DNA of 60,000 bases from Squalus acanthias. Taxonomy: Eukaryota. The stretch lies in assembly GCA_030390025.1 (NCBI GenBank), contig CM059431.1, positions 147,562,001-147,622,000 on the forward strand, written 5' to 3'. The notes under the pieces are model-generated. The model saw only the letters and a list, made by a program, of their open reading frames with translations, was not told the origin of the DNA and made no database searches. Below are positions 35,338-48,780 of the stretch, one piece after another. Within the stretch, counting starts at the first letter, position 1. Every line of letters begins with the position of its first letter. Made by a program: the position numbers and the translations under genes.

Positions 35338-35462
35338 GAGCGGATGCTGGAAATCTGAAATAACAACAGAAAATGCTGGAAACACTCAGCAGGTCAGGCC
35401 GCATCGAGGTGAGAGAAACAGAGTCAACGTTTCGGATCGAACCCTTCGAGAGAATTGGAAAA
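35338..35462 (-). mobile_element. Short Penelope-type terminal fragment with degenerate hammerhead
   Basis: Minus strand ttctctcgaagggttcgatccGAAACGTTgactctg: GAAA box and AACGTT palindrome retained, CUGANGA box decayed. Confidence 0.5.
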
Positions 35463-36447
35463 GGTTAGTGAAGAGAGATTTTTAAGTAATGGCTGTTTAA
35501 TTAGAAACAAGGGCGAAAATCACAAAAATATGGGATGGAATTTGACACGGTAATGTAATGGTTAACTTTGCTTCCTATTTTACTTCTTGATTTTTGATGA
35601 CGTGGTTGATTACATATCGACTTCGCACGACTGTAGCTGGGCGCAGATGCATCGCATCTGAGTCTGATGGAGTGAACACCTCTGCATGAAGCCTGACTGC
35701 TGCCTTAAGTACTGTTGGTCGTCTGAGTCCATTAAAATGAGAATGTGTCTGTTACACAGAATTACTCGAAACTCATAATCACTGCCCCAGAAGCTGGATC
35801 GCAGTCGGATTGGCAAAGCCTGGGCTCCAGGGAGACTTGAAACCAAGAGGAGTTTAGCTTTTACAGAAGCTCAGGATCAAGTGGAACTTTGAAAAGTGAC
35901 GGCTAAAGAGGGCACTTAATCACAATTAATAAATGAAGCGCATTCACAAAGTACTGAAGCGAAAGGTTTTCAATCAGGTTCCTAAACATTGAAGTGAGGT
36001 AGTATAGGTATTTGAAGCAGACAGTATATGCAATAGTACTTAAATATACAATTAAAGGTACTAACTACAATCACAGCTGCTGATTGTTGTTTGGGGATTC
36101 AAACGTGTTGTAGTTCTGAACAAAATATCTTGGATCATTGCGAATGCTTAATCCAAACTGTCACATTTCCACTGTCTCTTCGTATCAATTCTCACAATGT
36201 TGCATTATCTAATCATATAGAAGTGAAAATACAACTCCATATAAGGAAAATTTAATGGACTCATCTTTTTATCATAAATGACAGTTTCCTTTACTTAAAG
36301 AGCACGTTTTCCTTTGGGCTGACACATATAATTACCTTACTTCGTTATATTACCAGTAACTTCATTCTTTTTCCTTTAATTGCAATTCGACCAAGTGAAT
36401 ACTTTAATTATAAATCTGTCTTTATTTCTGCACCATTTGTACCAATT

Positions 36448-36781
36448 AACTCACCAAGGCTCCTTCGGCAGCACCTCCCAAACCCGCAAACTTTTCCACC
36501 TACAAGGACAAGCCCAGCAGGCGCAGGGAAACACCACCACCTCCAAGTTCCCCTCCAAGTCTCACACCATCCTGACTTGGAAGTATATCACCGTTCCTTC
36601 ATCATCGCCGGGTCAAAATCCTGGAACTCCCTCCCTAACAGCACTGTAGGAATACCTTCACCACGCAGACAGCAGCGGTTCAAGAGGGCGGTTCACCAGC
36701 ACCTTCTCAAGGGCAATTAGGGATGGGCAATAAATGCTGGCCTTGCCAGCGCCTTCCACATTCCATGAACGAATAAAAAAA
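36448..36781 (+). mobile_element. LINE family B 3' fragment (duplicate of 23140-23472)
   Basis: Same sequence and flanks. Confidence 0.82.
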
Positions 36782-38486
36782 TGATGATGGCAGTCCAGAT
36801 GTTTATCTTTACATATTTAACAGATTTCCAACACTGTTATCAAATGATTAAAGTTCTCTGAAATATATGAATCAGTTTACAATGACATGTCTTTAATTAC
36901 ATTTCTTCTACTGAATCCTGAATCTGACCATTGCTGCAGGGTGAGCCCTCGCTCATCAGCTCAGTGCTACTTTAAATTGACTGCTTAACAGGCAAAGGCT
37001 TAAGGTTAACATTACTACAATATTAAGATAACCAATACAGTATAACATTATCAAACCTCAGGCCCGTCTGATTATCCCGTCCCGTACAGTGCCCTCTGTC
37101 GTAGCATTAGAGTATTTAAGGTCAGCATTAAACTATATCTCACCAGCAACGTATATCTATCGCGGTCTATTCTTTTGTGCAGATCTCTACCCCTTGGTTT
37201 TACACATTAAACTCTCCAGAGCCACATTAACCTTTTCAATTAGGGTTCTTTTCAGCATGATTGACCGTGTCTTGGATCTGTTCGCCAAAGCATCTTCATC
37301 ATGCATATCGCAGGCTGGTTGCTTCTTGCACAACACGTCACTTCTGCACACACAGCAATAATCCAAGATCATGCAGCTCAATTCATCCGACACAAAACAT
37401 TCCTGCCCTTTCTGTCAATCCCGGTGACGGGGGGTGGGGGGGGGGGGGAGGATTCTGTAGGTGTTAGATTTCAAGCTATCAACTACATTCTTCTCATTAT
37501 TCAGTTTAAGCAAGAACACAACCGTCTCCAACGGTAAGCTATCAATTAACCATCTTAACTAAAATGTATTGACTTTCACGAGATTGTGCATTGATTCCAG
37601 ACTTATATCTTTTGGCGAGTCGTGCCAAGGTGGCTTACGTTAAGAAGCGACGTGACTGCATAGATAGAATGAGACAGCTTCCATTAGTTGAGGATCAAGA
37701 ATTAACTGCCATAGATAAAAGGATAAATGGAAGAGATTTAGAACTGAGAGTAGGATAACCCTCATGGAGAGTTGTGAGGCTGTGGATTCAATATAACAAT
37801 GAATAAAAAAAGGTTGATGGGATGTTGAGATAAGGCGGGTAAAGTGAATGGAACTATTTTCTCGGGTGCAGTGTAAACGCGGACACGGACTGGTTGGGTA
37901 AAATTATCTGTTCTCCTGTCATCAATTCTACAAAATTTGATGACCAGTATGGGATTTAAGTAAACATCTGTGACCAAAGATGTCTAATGTCACATTGACG
38001 AGTCAAGTTCCTGCTGTCTCCATCATTAGACACTGATCAGGAGACATGGCCCCGTTTTTTTTTGGTCCAGGAGACAATGCGGGGCGGAATCTGATGGGGA
38101 GACCAGCGCCTGCAACATTCACACGAAGATTACAGAATTACAAAAAACCATCATTGTAACTCACTGTTTCCGCACTAAAGGAAACTTTAACTATTAATTA
38201 AACTGGGGCGTCTCATTCCAGTCCCTGCGGTGTGAGGCAGTTAACGCTGGCGCCCACATGTTCTACGCCACTGCTGAAGCTCAATCATGACTGTTCTCTT
38301 TGAAACTTCAGCGGGAAGGGCGCTGTTTTACGGAAATCGATTATGTTCACCCGGGGAAAGCAGCAGACATCAAACACACGGCACAAAGTGGGAGATAGGT
38401 TTTCTGATACCTTTTTTATTTTCACAACAGCAAAGCATAGTAATTGGACTCCAGTTTGGACCGGAATCCTTGTTTTATGTTTTCAT

Positions 38487-39371
38487 TTATTTGCAAATAA
38501 ATGTCCAGGGTGTTTTCATCGCCTGCTTCAGCTCTTCCCTGAATTTAGTTTGAGTAGCTGCATAAATACACGTGTATCTACAGGAACTCAAATACATGAG
38601 CATATATCCGGTTTCAGTGGCAATATAGGCAGGGGCGGCATAATCGCCTCGGTAATGCACGGTGCTTGTCAGTCTGGTAGTTAAATTAGTAACGATAGTT
38701 GTCAGCCACAATAGAATGAAACTGGCCGATAGAGTGCACAGTAAAATGATGGAATTCCTTCGGTTTTTCATCTCTGGGTCGCTCTGATTCTCACTGCTGT
38801 GACCCCGGAGTCCCCTGCGGGCTCGACTGTCCATTAAAATACGTCTGGTTGTCAAACAATTAAACAGTAATATCAAAGCAAAACGAAGCCAAGAAAAACA
38901 AATGCTACGTAAGCGCCACTCCTACAGGCGATGAAGAAAACTGCACTCTGGAGCGGCAACCCCAGTGAACATTGTTAATGATTCGCTCAGGTTCAAATGT
39001 AAACCAAAACACGAGGCTTTGTAAACAGATCAGGACAGAGACCGTTGTTATAACCGCGGCCGCAGTTCTCACTGTGCAATACTTTGTTTTAAACTTCTGA
39101 CAACATATAGCTACAAATCGGTCAAATGTGAACGAGACTGTAAACCACACCGACAAATACAGGGCGACACATTGCTGGTATATAATGATCTTACAAACGG
39201 CAGTTAACGACAGAAATGAATGTGGAAAGTGATAACGTAAAATGCGGTTCACTAATATATTGATGATCATGATCAGTAGATCTGCTGTTGCCATGGCCAC
39301 CATGTAGACAGAGATACAATTGGAAAGGCAGCAGTTTCCTCTTGAGAGAATCAGGATTGTCTGTAGGTTCG
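38487..39371 (-). pseudogene. GPR139-like pseudogene exon 2
   Basis: Highly similar to 25146-26038. Acceptor AG changed to AA (39372-39373); 8-bp deletion near 38910 shifts frame and gives a stop at 38905. Confidence 0.9.
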
Positions 39372-39433
39372 TTGTGCGAAGGAGGGACAAATGGTCAGTA
39401 ACGGGTACACACGGATAAATCTCACAGAATATT

Positions 39434-42400
39434 GGCCCAAAAATTAGTCTCAGTACGCGTATTCTGTCTCCAATTGCCGGGTTTCTGCATGCACTGCGCA
39501 TGCGCTGAAAACCGGCACTTGGTGAACTCAAAAGTGGGCGGTTCCTAAGTGAACCGCGTGCGCGCTACAGGCTGCGCGCACCCAGTGCACTTAGTGCTTT
39601 CAACGCGCAGGTAAGCATGGAAGATTTTGCACATAAATAAAGGAGGCGTAAGAACATAACATAAGAAATAGGAGCAGGAGTAGGCCAATCGGCACCTCGA
39701 GCCTGCTCCGCCATTCAATAAGTTCATGGCTGATCTGATCCTAACCGCCAATCTACTATCTATCACAGAACCTTCTCCTGCATCTAACAGAATTGTACAC
39801 ATGAAATAGGAGCAGAATCAGGCTACACGGTCCCTGGGCCCGCTCCACTACCCACAGGGACATGACCGGATCCGAACCTAGACTCATGTCCAAATTCCTG
39901 CCCGCTCCCCGTAACCCTTAATGCCCTTTACTTCTAGGAAACTGTCTATTTCTGTTTTAAATTTATTTAATGATGTAGCTTCTGCAGCTTTTTGTGGCAG
40001 CATATTCCATGGACCTACCACCCACTGAGTGAAGTAGTTCCTCCTCATCTCAGTTTTGAAAGAGCAGCCCCTTATTCTAAGACTATGTCCCCTAGTTCTA
40101 GTCTCACCCGTCATCGGGAACATCCTCCCCGCATCCACCCGATCCAACCCCTTCACAATCTTATATGTTTCAATAAGATCGCCTCTCATTCTTCTGAACT
40201 CCAATGAGTAGAGTCCCAATCTACCCAACCTCTCCTCATATGACCACCCCCTCATCCCCGGGATTAACCGAGTGAACCTTTTTTGCACTGCCTCGAGAGC
40301 AAGGATGTCTTTCCTTAAGTAAGGACACCAAAACTGTATGCAGTATTCCAGGTGCGGTCTCACCAATACCTTGTACAACTGAAGCAATACCTCCCTATTT
40401 TTATATTCTATCCCCCTAGCAATGAAAGCCAACATTCCATTTGCCTTCTTAATCACTTGCTGCACCTGCATAATAACCTTTTGAGTTTCGTGCACCAGGT
40501 CCCCCAGATGCCTTTGCACTTCAGTACTCTCCAGTTTCTTACCATTAAGATAATAAATTGCTCTAGGATTTTTCCTGCCAAAGTGCATCACCTCACACTT
40601 TCCAGTGTTGTATTCCATCTGCCAAATCTCTGCCTGTCTATGTCCCCTTGCAGGTTTTTTATGTCCTCCTCACTCACTACTTTCCCTCCCATATTTGTAT
40701 CATCTGCAAATTTTGATATGTTACACTTGGTCCCTTCCTCCAAATCGTTAATATAGATTGTAAAGAGTTGGGGACCCAACACTGACCCCTGTGGAACACC
40801 ACTAGTTACTGATTGCCAGTCTGAGAATGAACCATTTACCCCAACTCTTTGCTTTCTGTTAGATAGCCAATCCTCTATCCATGCCAGAATATTACACCCA
40901 ATCCCGTGATTTTTTACCTTAAGCAATAACCTTTTGTGTGGCACCTTGTCAAATGCCTTTTGGAAGTCTAAATACACTACATCCACTGGTACCCCTTTAT
41001 CCACTCTATATGTTACTTCCTCAAAGAACTCCAGCAAATTTGTCAAACATAACTTCCCCTTCGTAAAACCATGCTGACTTTGTCCTATTAAATTATGATT
41101 ATCCAAATGTCCTGTTACTGTTTCCTTAATAATGGACTCCAAAATTTTGCCTACCACAGATGTTAGGCTAACCGGTCTATAGTTACCAGCCTTCTGTCGA
41201 CTGCCCTTTTTAAATAAGGGTGTTACATTAGCAGTTTTCCAATCTGCCGGGACCTTAGCGGAATCCAGGGAGTTTTGAAAAATTATTACCAATGCATCTA
41301 CAATCCCTACCGCCACTTCCTTCATGACTCTAGGATGTAAGCAATCAGGTCCAGGTGATTTATCCGCCTTGAGTCCCATTATTTTACCGAGTACCACTTC
41401 CTTAGTGATTTTGATCGTGTTTAGCTCTTCTCCCCCTATAGCCCCCTGTTTGTCCAGTGTTGGGATATTCTTAGTGTCCTCTACTGTAAAGACTGATACA
41501 AAATATTCATTCAGTGTTTTTGCCATCTCCATATTTCCCACCATTAATTTCCCGGTCTCATCCTCTAAGGCACCAACATTTACTTTAGCCACCCTTTTTC
41601 TTTTTATATAACTATAAAAACTCTTACTATCTGTTTTTATATTTTTTGCTAATTTACTTTCATAATCTATCTTCCCTTTCTTAATCAATATTTTTGTTAT
41701 TTTTTGCTGCCTTTTAAATTTTTCCCAATCCTCTGTCCTCCCACTAGATTTCGCTACCTTATATGCCCTTGTTTTTAGTCGAATACTATCCTTAATTTCT
41801 TTACTTAGCCACGGATGACTGTCCTTTCTTTTACACCCTTTTCTTTTCAGTGGAATATATATTTTTTGGAAGTTGTAAAATAACTCCTTGAATGTACACC
41901 ACTGATCATGTGTCGTCTTACCCTTTAATCTATTTTCCCAATCCACTCTACTCAATTCCGCTCGCATACCTTCATAGTCTCCTTTATTCAAGCTTAGCAC
42001 GCTTGTTTGAGATCCAACCTTCTCACCCTCTAATTGAATATGGAATTCAACCATGTTATGGTCACTCATTCCAAGGGGATCCTTTACTAGGACATTTTTA
42101 ATTAATCCTGTCTCGTTACACAGGACAGATCTAAGGTTGCTTGCCCCCTGGTCGGTTCAGTTACATACTGCTCAAGAAACCCATCCCTAATACACTCAAT
42201 GAACTCATCCTCAAGGCAGCCCTGCCCCATTTGATTTGTCCAATTAATATGATAGTTAAAATCCCCCATAATTATAGATGTTCCCTTATTACATGCCTCA
42301 ACTATTTCCCGATTGATACTCCGTCCAACAGAGTTGCAACTGTTCGGATCCCTATAGACTACGCCCACTAATGTTTTTTTCCCCTTATTATTCCTTATCT

Positions 42401-44325
42401 CCACCCAAACTGTTTCATTATCATGATTTTTTGACCCAATATCATTACTCTGTATTACAGTGATTCCTTCCTTTATTAACATAGCCACCCCACCTCCCCT
42501 TCCTTCCAGCCTGTCCTTCCTGATCGTTAAATAACCTGGTATGTTTAATTCCCAGGCATTGTCACCCTGCAGCCATGTTTCTGTAATGGCCACAATATCA
42601 TAACCATATGTAGTTATTTGTGCCATTAACTCGTCTATTTTGTTTCGAATGCTACGTGCATTCAGATAGAGAACTTTCAAATATGCTTTGTGGCACTTAG
42701 TTCCTGATTTTTCACCTTTTACCACTTTACCTTTTACTCCGCACACTCTGTCCCTTCCTGCCACGCTCTGATTTGTGATTCCCCTACTGCTACCTATGTC
42801 TATGACCCTCTCTGTTGTCATTTTTATTTTTTGCTCTCTTGAAACCTCCCCCCCACGAATTATTTAAAGCCCTCTCCACAGCCCTAGTTATTCGATTCGC
42901 CAGGACACTAGTCCCAGCACTGGCCAAGTGAAGTCCGTCCCAACGGAACAGCTCTCTCCTGCCCCAGTACTGGTGCCAGTGTCCCAAGAAGCAAAACCCA
43001 TTTTTCCCACACCAGTCTTTGAGCCACGCATTCAACTCCCTGATTTTATTTACCCTAGCCAAATTTGCTCGTGGCTCAGGTAATAATCCAGAGATTATTA
43101 CCCTCGAGGTTCTGCTTTTTAATTTGGCCCCTAGCTGCTCAAACTCCCTCAGCAGAACCTCTTTCCTTGTCCTATCTATGTCATTGGTACCAACATGGAC
43201 CACAACAACTGGATCCTCCCCCTCCCACTCCAAGTTTCTCTCCAGCCCAGAGGAGATGTCCTTAACCCTGGCACCGGGCAGGCAACACAGCCTTCGGGAC
43301 TCTCGGTCTTTGCTGCAAAGAACCCTATCTATCCCCCTAATGATACTATCCCCTACCACTACAACATTTCTTTTTACTCCCCCCACTTGAATGGCCCTCC
43401 TTACCACGGTGCTGTGGCCAGGTTGCTCATCCTCCCTGCAGTCCCCGCTCCTATCCACACAAGGAGTAAGAGCCTCGAACCTGTTGGATAAGAGCAACGC
43501 TGCGGCTCCTCCAACACTCCCTCCTGGATCCCTGTACTTGCCTCACTCGTAGTCACACCTTCCTGTCCCTGACCACGGGCTACTTCTGAATTAGTTACTC
43601 TAATTGGTGTGACTGCCTCCTGAAACACGGAGTCCAGGTAACTCTCCCCCTCCCTGATGTGTCGCAGTGTTTGAAGCTCGGACTCCAGCTCATCAACACG
43701 GAGCCGGAGTTCCTCGAGCAGCCAACACTTACTGCAAATGTGTTCACCGTGAACATCAATGGTGTCCACCAGCTCCCACATATTGCAGCAGTAACACATC
43801 ACCTGCTCTCCCATTCTATGTAATTAAGACCCTCTTTTAACAAGGTAAGTAGTTAATTAAGTATTATTTTAATTTTTTTTGAACAGGTATATCTTTTTTA
43901 GAGACTTTAAAGAAAGATAAGTTTATTTTTATAACTTTTAAAAAGATTTTAATTTTTTCCAAAATTTAAATTTTTGTTTAAAGTGGTTAATTTATTTAAC
44001 TATACTTATTTTATTAATGTGATGGATTTTTAAAAAAAATAATTGAGGTTTAGCTGTTCTTTTGGGGGGTATAGATTCATAGCTTTGACAGCCCATGCTG
44101 TCAAAACTATGAATGATAGATGGTGTGCTGACATTGGCTGTAACTGAATCACGTGATCCCACAACTCGCACGAACTGACTCCGTCTCTGGTTCACGCAAG
44201 CACTGCACAGCTGCAGTCTTGAAACTAAAGTTCGTGTGAGCTCGGAAGGAAAGGGCAGGCGCGCAGTGAGATAATGCGGGGAAGCCTTACCCCCGCAGGA
44301 AGGCTCCGTCTTTAATTTCTGGGCC
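39434..44325. mobile_element. Non-autonomous TIR DNA element (possibly PIF/Harbinger-like) hosting a nested CR1
   Basis: Ends tggcccaaaaatta (39433-39446) and taatttctgggcca (44313-44326), 13/14 inverted match; flanked by att/att; whole block absent from paralogous intron at ~26095. Confidence 0.65.
39650..43830 (-). mobile_element. Near full-length CR1 LINE, frameshifted
   Basis: ORF1 43814-42790 (CxxC zinc knuckle, coiled coil, SGNH esterase GDSII/VGTND/DGLHL). ORF2 42821-39884: APE endonuclease (LNARS, ITETW, MGDFN, SDH) and RT (YLDFQKAFD, GVPQGSVLGP, KFADDT). Frameshifts near 43495, 42115, 40620. Confidence 0.96.
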
Positions 44326-45020
44326 ATTATTGTGGGGAAATGTTCGGATGCGTCCCCATTCAGCGTTATGCGCACGCATTTTTTCATTAATATAGGCGAT
44401 GGTGAAGCCACTTTACTTAAAGTAATGAAATCACTGAACATTCAATATCGAGGGACTGAAAATCCGCCGTCCGTCCAGCAAACTTCAATCAAGTATTAAA
44501 GAGAATTCCACAGCAATTAATGGAAAGACATAATTCAACTAAAACATTCAACTCCGATAAAGAAAAACTTTCAAATTATACTCAAACGCTGCCGAAAGGA
44601 GGGGAGTACCTTCCTGAGTGGAAATTATTTCGTAAAATACCTTTCAAAATGCCCTGTTGGGTGGAGGTTTCTGCAGTCCGTGTCATTATCTACTTAATGT
44701 AGAAAGGGAACAACGGCACAAATGAGGTGATTACAATGGGCACTGAGCAGCACATTCTTTAGTGAGCTATGTGTTGTTGGAGAGGGCGTGGAATCAGCCT
44801 CGCCCTCCCTCAGTATAGGGAGGAACATTGAGCTCCCGGTGCCCGTGATCTAGCGACCAGAACAGCGCCTCAGCGGTCGCGCGGACGATTAGGATTGCCG
44901 CTGATTTTCACCGACAGATCCCGGTGAATAAATGACTCTGCAATGTGGACATTCTCGGAATCTGTTACATTAACACTGAGATAGTCAACAGGTATTAGGC
45001 AACAGGATAAATTGACTTAC

Positions 45021-45090
45021 CGGGAATGCCAAATGCTGCGAGGATATGGTAGTAAATGTCCCGTATCTATAAAATTATTGGCCGTACCAT
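45021..45090 (-). pseudogene. GPR139-like pseudogene exon 1
   Basis: ATG GTA CGG CCA ATA ATT TTA TAG: codon 8 CAG>TAG relative to the intact copy; donor GTAAGT retained. Confidence 0.88.
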
Positions 45091-45522
45091 TGTTTTGAAG
45101 ATTTGTGTGAATTCTGCGCTGCTTTACGATTCCGAGTAGAGTGTTTCTGAGATCCGTAAATGCTCCCCCTTTATAGAACAATCGGTGGCCCGGTGAGATA
45201 ATCAGGTTGCACAATAATTGGCGTTAGTTACAGTCACTTAACAAACAAGGGGCGAATTTCAACTTCAGTGCGCCCGGGCCGCCAATGGGAAAATTCAACA
45301 GCTCAGTCCATGAAACTCCGTCCTTTACATTCAATGAACGTAAAGTAATCGCAGAGGAAATGGACTTTGCGCGTGTCCAGTAAACCTTGAAGGATAAAGC
45401 AAACGTCCCCCCGGACACTGCGTTGATTTCTTGGAGCCTCATCTTAATTTGGTGAAATCGTCACTCATCCATTGCATAATTAAAATTTGTTTTGTACTGT
45501 GATGATGAAAAATTTGAATCGG

Positions 45523-46478
45523 CTCTAACATTACTGGTGGTGACCATACTATAACATTACTGGTGGTGACTCTACTCAAACATTACTGGCGGTGACGCTG
45601 CTCCAACTATACTGGTGGTGATTCTACTCTAACATTACTGGTGCTGACCCTACTCTAACATTATTGGTGGTGACCCTACACTAACATTACTGGTGGTGAC
45701 TCTACTCTAACTAGACTGGTGGTGACCCTATTCTAACATTACTGGTTGTGATTCCACTCTAACAACACTGATGGTGACCCTACTCTAACCTTACTGGTGG
45801 TGACCCTACTCTAACATAATTGGTGGTGACCGTACTCTAACATAACTTGTGGTGACCCTACTCTAACATTACTGGTGGTGACCCTACTCTAACATTACTG
45901 GTGGTGACCCTACTCTAACATTACTCGTGGTGACCCTACTCTAACATTACTGGTGGTGACACTACTCTAACATTACTGGTGGTGACCCTACTCTAACTTT
46001 ACTGGTGGTGGCTCCACGCTAACGTTACTGATGGTGATTCTACTCACACCTTACTGGTGGTCACTCTACTCTTACATTGCTGGTGGTGACCCTGCTCTAA
46101 CATTACTGGTGTTGCCCCTATTCTAACAAACTGGTGATGACCCTACTCTAACATTACTGCTCGTGCCTGGACACTAACATGACTGCGGGTGACCCTACTC
46201 AAACATTACTGGTGTTGACCCTACTTTTACATAACTGGGGGTGACACGACTCTAACATTAATGGCTTTGGCCCTACTGTTACGTTACTGCTGGTGACTCT
46301 ACGATCATGTTACTGGTGCTCACCTGGCTCTAATATTACTGTAGGTTACCCTAATCTAACATTATTCGTGGTGATCCGTTTCTAATATTGCTGGAAGTGA
46401 CTGTTCCCAAAAGTTACTGCTGGTAACAATACTCTAAGATAATTGGTGGTAACTCCTCTCCAACATTACTGCTGTTGA
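45523..46478. repeat. 26-bp minisatellite, copy B (~36 units)
   Basis: Same unit as 27292-29052. Confidence 0.95.
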
Positions 46479-46481
46479 CAT

Positions 46482-48780
46482 GTTTTTTTATTTGTTCATG
46501 TCATGTTGTTGTCGCTGTCAAGGCCAGCAATTATTGCCCATCCCTTATTGCCCTTGAGAATTTGGTGGTGAGCCGCCTTCTTAAACCACTGCAGTCCATT
46601 TGTTGAAAGTCCTCCCACAGTGCTGTTGGGGAGGGATTTCCAGGATTTTGACTGAACGACGACGAAGGAACGGTGATATATTTCGAAGTCTGGATGGTGT
46701 GTAACTTGGAGGGGAACTTGCATGTGGTGGTGTTCCAAATGCGCCTGCTGCCCTTGTTCTTCCAGGCGGCAGAGGTTGCATGTTTGGGAGGTGCTGTCGA
46801 AGAAACTTGGCGAGTTGCTGCATTACATCTTGTAGATGGTACATACTGCTTTCACAGTGCACCGGTGGTGGACGGAGTGAATGGCTAAAGTGGTGCAGCG
46901 GTGCCAATCAAGCGGGCTCATTTGTCCTGGATGGTGTTGAGCTTCTTGAGTGTTGTTGGAGCTGCACTCATCCAGGCAAGTGGCGAGTATTCCATCACAC
47001 TCCTGACTTGTGCCTTGTAGATGGGAGAAAGAATCTGGGGAGTCAGCAGATAGTATAATCGCCGCAGAATACCCGATTTCTGACCAGTTGTTGCAGCCAC
47101 ATTATTTATGTGGCTCATACCGTTAGTATTCTGGTCATTAGTGTCCCCTACGATGTTTGTGGTGGGAGTATCGATGATGGTAATGTCGTTGAATGTCAAG
47201 GGGATGTGTTTACTCTCTCTCTTTTTGGAGTTTGTCATTTCCCGGCACATGTCTGTCAGCAATGGTTTCAGCCCAAGCCTGCAAGTTATCTTGCTCTCGC
47301 TGCATGTGGGCTTCATTGTCCCAGTAACTGCGAATAGAACGGAACACTCTGCAATCAGCAGCGAACATCCTGACTCTTCTGTTCTTATGATGGCTGGACC
47401 TTCAATGATGAAGCTGCTGAAGATGGTTGGGTCTCGGACACTGCCCTGAGGAAATCCTTCAGCGATGTTCTGGGGCTGATATGACTGACCTGCAACAATC
47501 TTCCTTTTTGCTCGGTATGACACCAGCCAGTGAAGTCCTTTCCACCTGAACCCCATTTACATCAATTTTACCAGGGCTGCTGGATGTCACACTCGGTCAA
47601 ATGCTTTTTGATGTCCGGGGCAATCACTGTTACCTCACCTCTGGAATTCAGATCCTTTGTCCATTTTTGTACAAAGCTGTAATGAGATCTGGAGCCATGT
47701 GATTCTGGCTGAACAAAACTGAACATCGGTTACCAGGTTATTGATCAGCAAAGATGCTTGATAGAAATGACGACGACACCTTCCATCAATTTGTTGATAA
47801 TTGAGAGTAAGGTGATGAGGCGGTAATTGGGCCGAATTTGATTTGTCCTGCTTTTTGTGGACAGGACATTCTGGGGTAATTGTTCACTATGTCGGTACAT
47901 GCCAGTGTTGTAGTTGCACTGAAACAGCTTGGCTTGAAGTGCAGCTCGATCTGGAGCACAAATCTGCAGTCCCACAGCCGTGATGGTGTCGGGCCACAGC
48001 CTTTGCCGTAACCAGCGCGCTCAGTCGTTTTTTGATGTCACGTGGGTGTGAATCGAATTGACTGAAACTGACATTATGATGGTGGCGACCTCAGGAGGAA
48101 GCCGAGATGGCTCATCCACTCGGCAATAATGGCTGAAGATGATTGCGAACGCTTCAGCATTGTCTTTTACACTCCCATGCTTGGCTCCGTCATCATTAAG
48201 GATGGGGATATTAAAGGATCCTTCTCCTCCTATTATTTGTTTAATTATTCACCACCATTAACGACTGGATGTGGCAGGACTGCAGAACATTATTTGATGC
48301 GTTAGGTGTGGGATCGCTGAGCTCTGTCTATAATATTGTGCTTCCGTTATTTAGCATGCATGTTGTCCTGTGTTTCAGCTTCCCCAGGTTGGAAGCTAAT
48401 TTTTAAGATACGCCTGGTGCTGCTCCTGGCATGCTCTTCTACACTCTTCATTGAACCAGGGTTAGTCCCCTGGCTTGATGGTAACAGTAGAGTGAGTGCT
48501 ATGCCGCACCATGAGTTTACAGATTCAGTTGGAATACATTTCTGCTGCTGCTGATGGCCCACGCGCCTCACGGAGCCCGGCTTTGAGCTGCTGGAACATT
48601 TCTGAATCTATCCCATTTAGCACGGGATTCCATTTCCACAAGGACTGTGCCCTTTCACTGCTAGCAATGCTGTCATGGTCAGATGTATCTGCAACAGATA
48701 GATGGTGAGGACGAGGTGAAGTAGTTTTTACCCTCGTATTTGTTCCCTCACCACCTGCCAAAAGCTCAGTCCGGCAGCCA
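46482..48780 (-). mobile_element. LINE family B, minus arm (duplicate of 29057-31350)
   Basis: FPQGSVRDP...VRSVMEYSPLAWMSAAPTTLKKL. Confidence 0.88.

Noticed and set aside
38905..39531. 208-aa ORF as a GPCR with a novel N-terminus
   Set aside because: N-terminal part is read-through from the inserted TIR element and intron; the gene is a pseudogene.
42790..43497. Cellular GDSL/SGNH lipase gene
   Set aside because: It is the esterase domain of CR1 ORF1, directly upstream of EN/RT.
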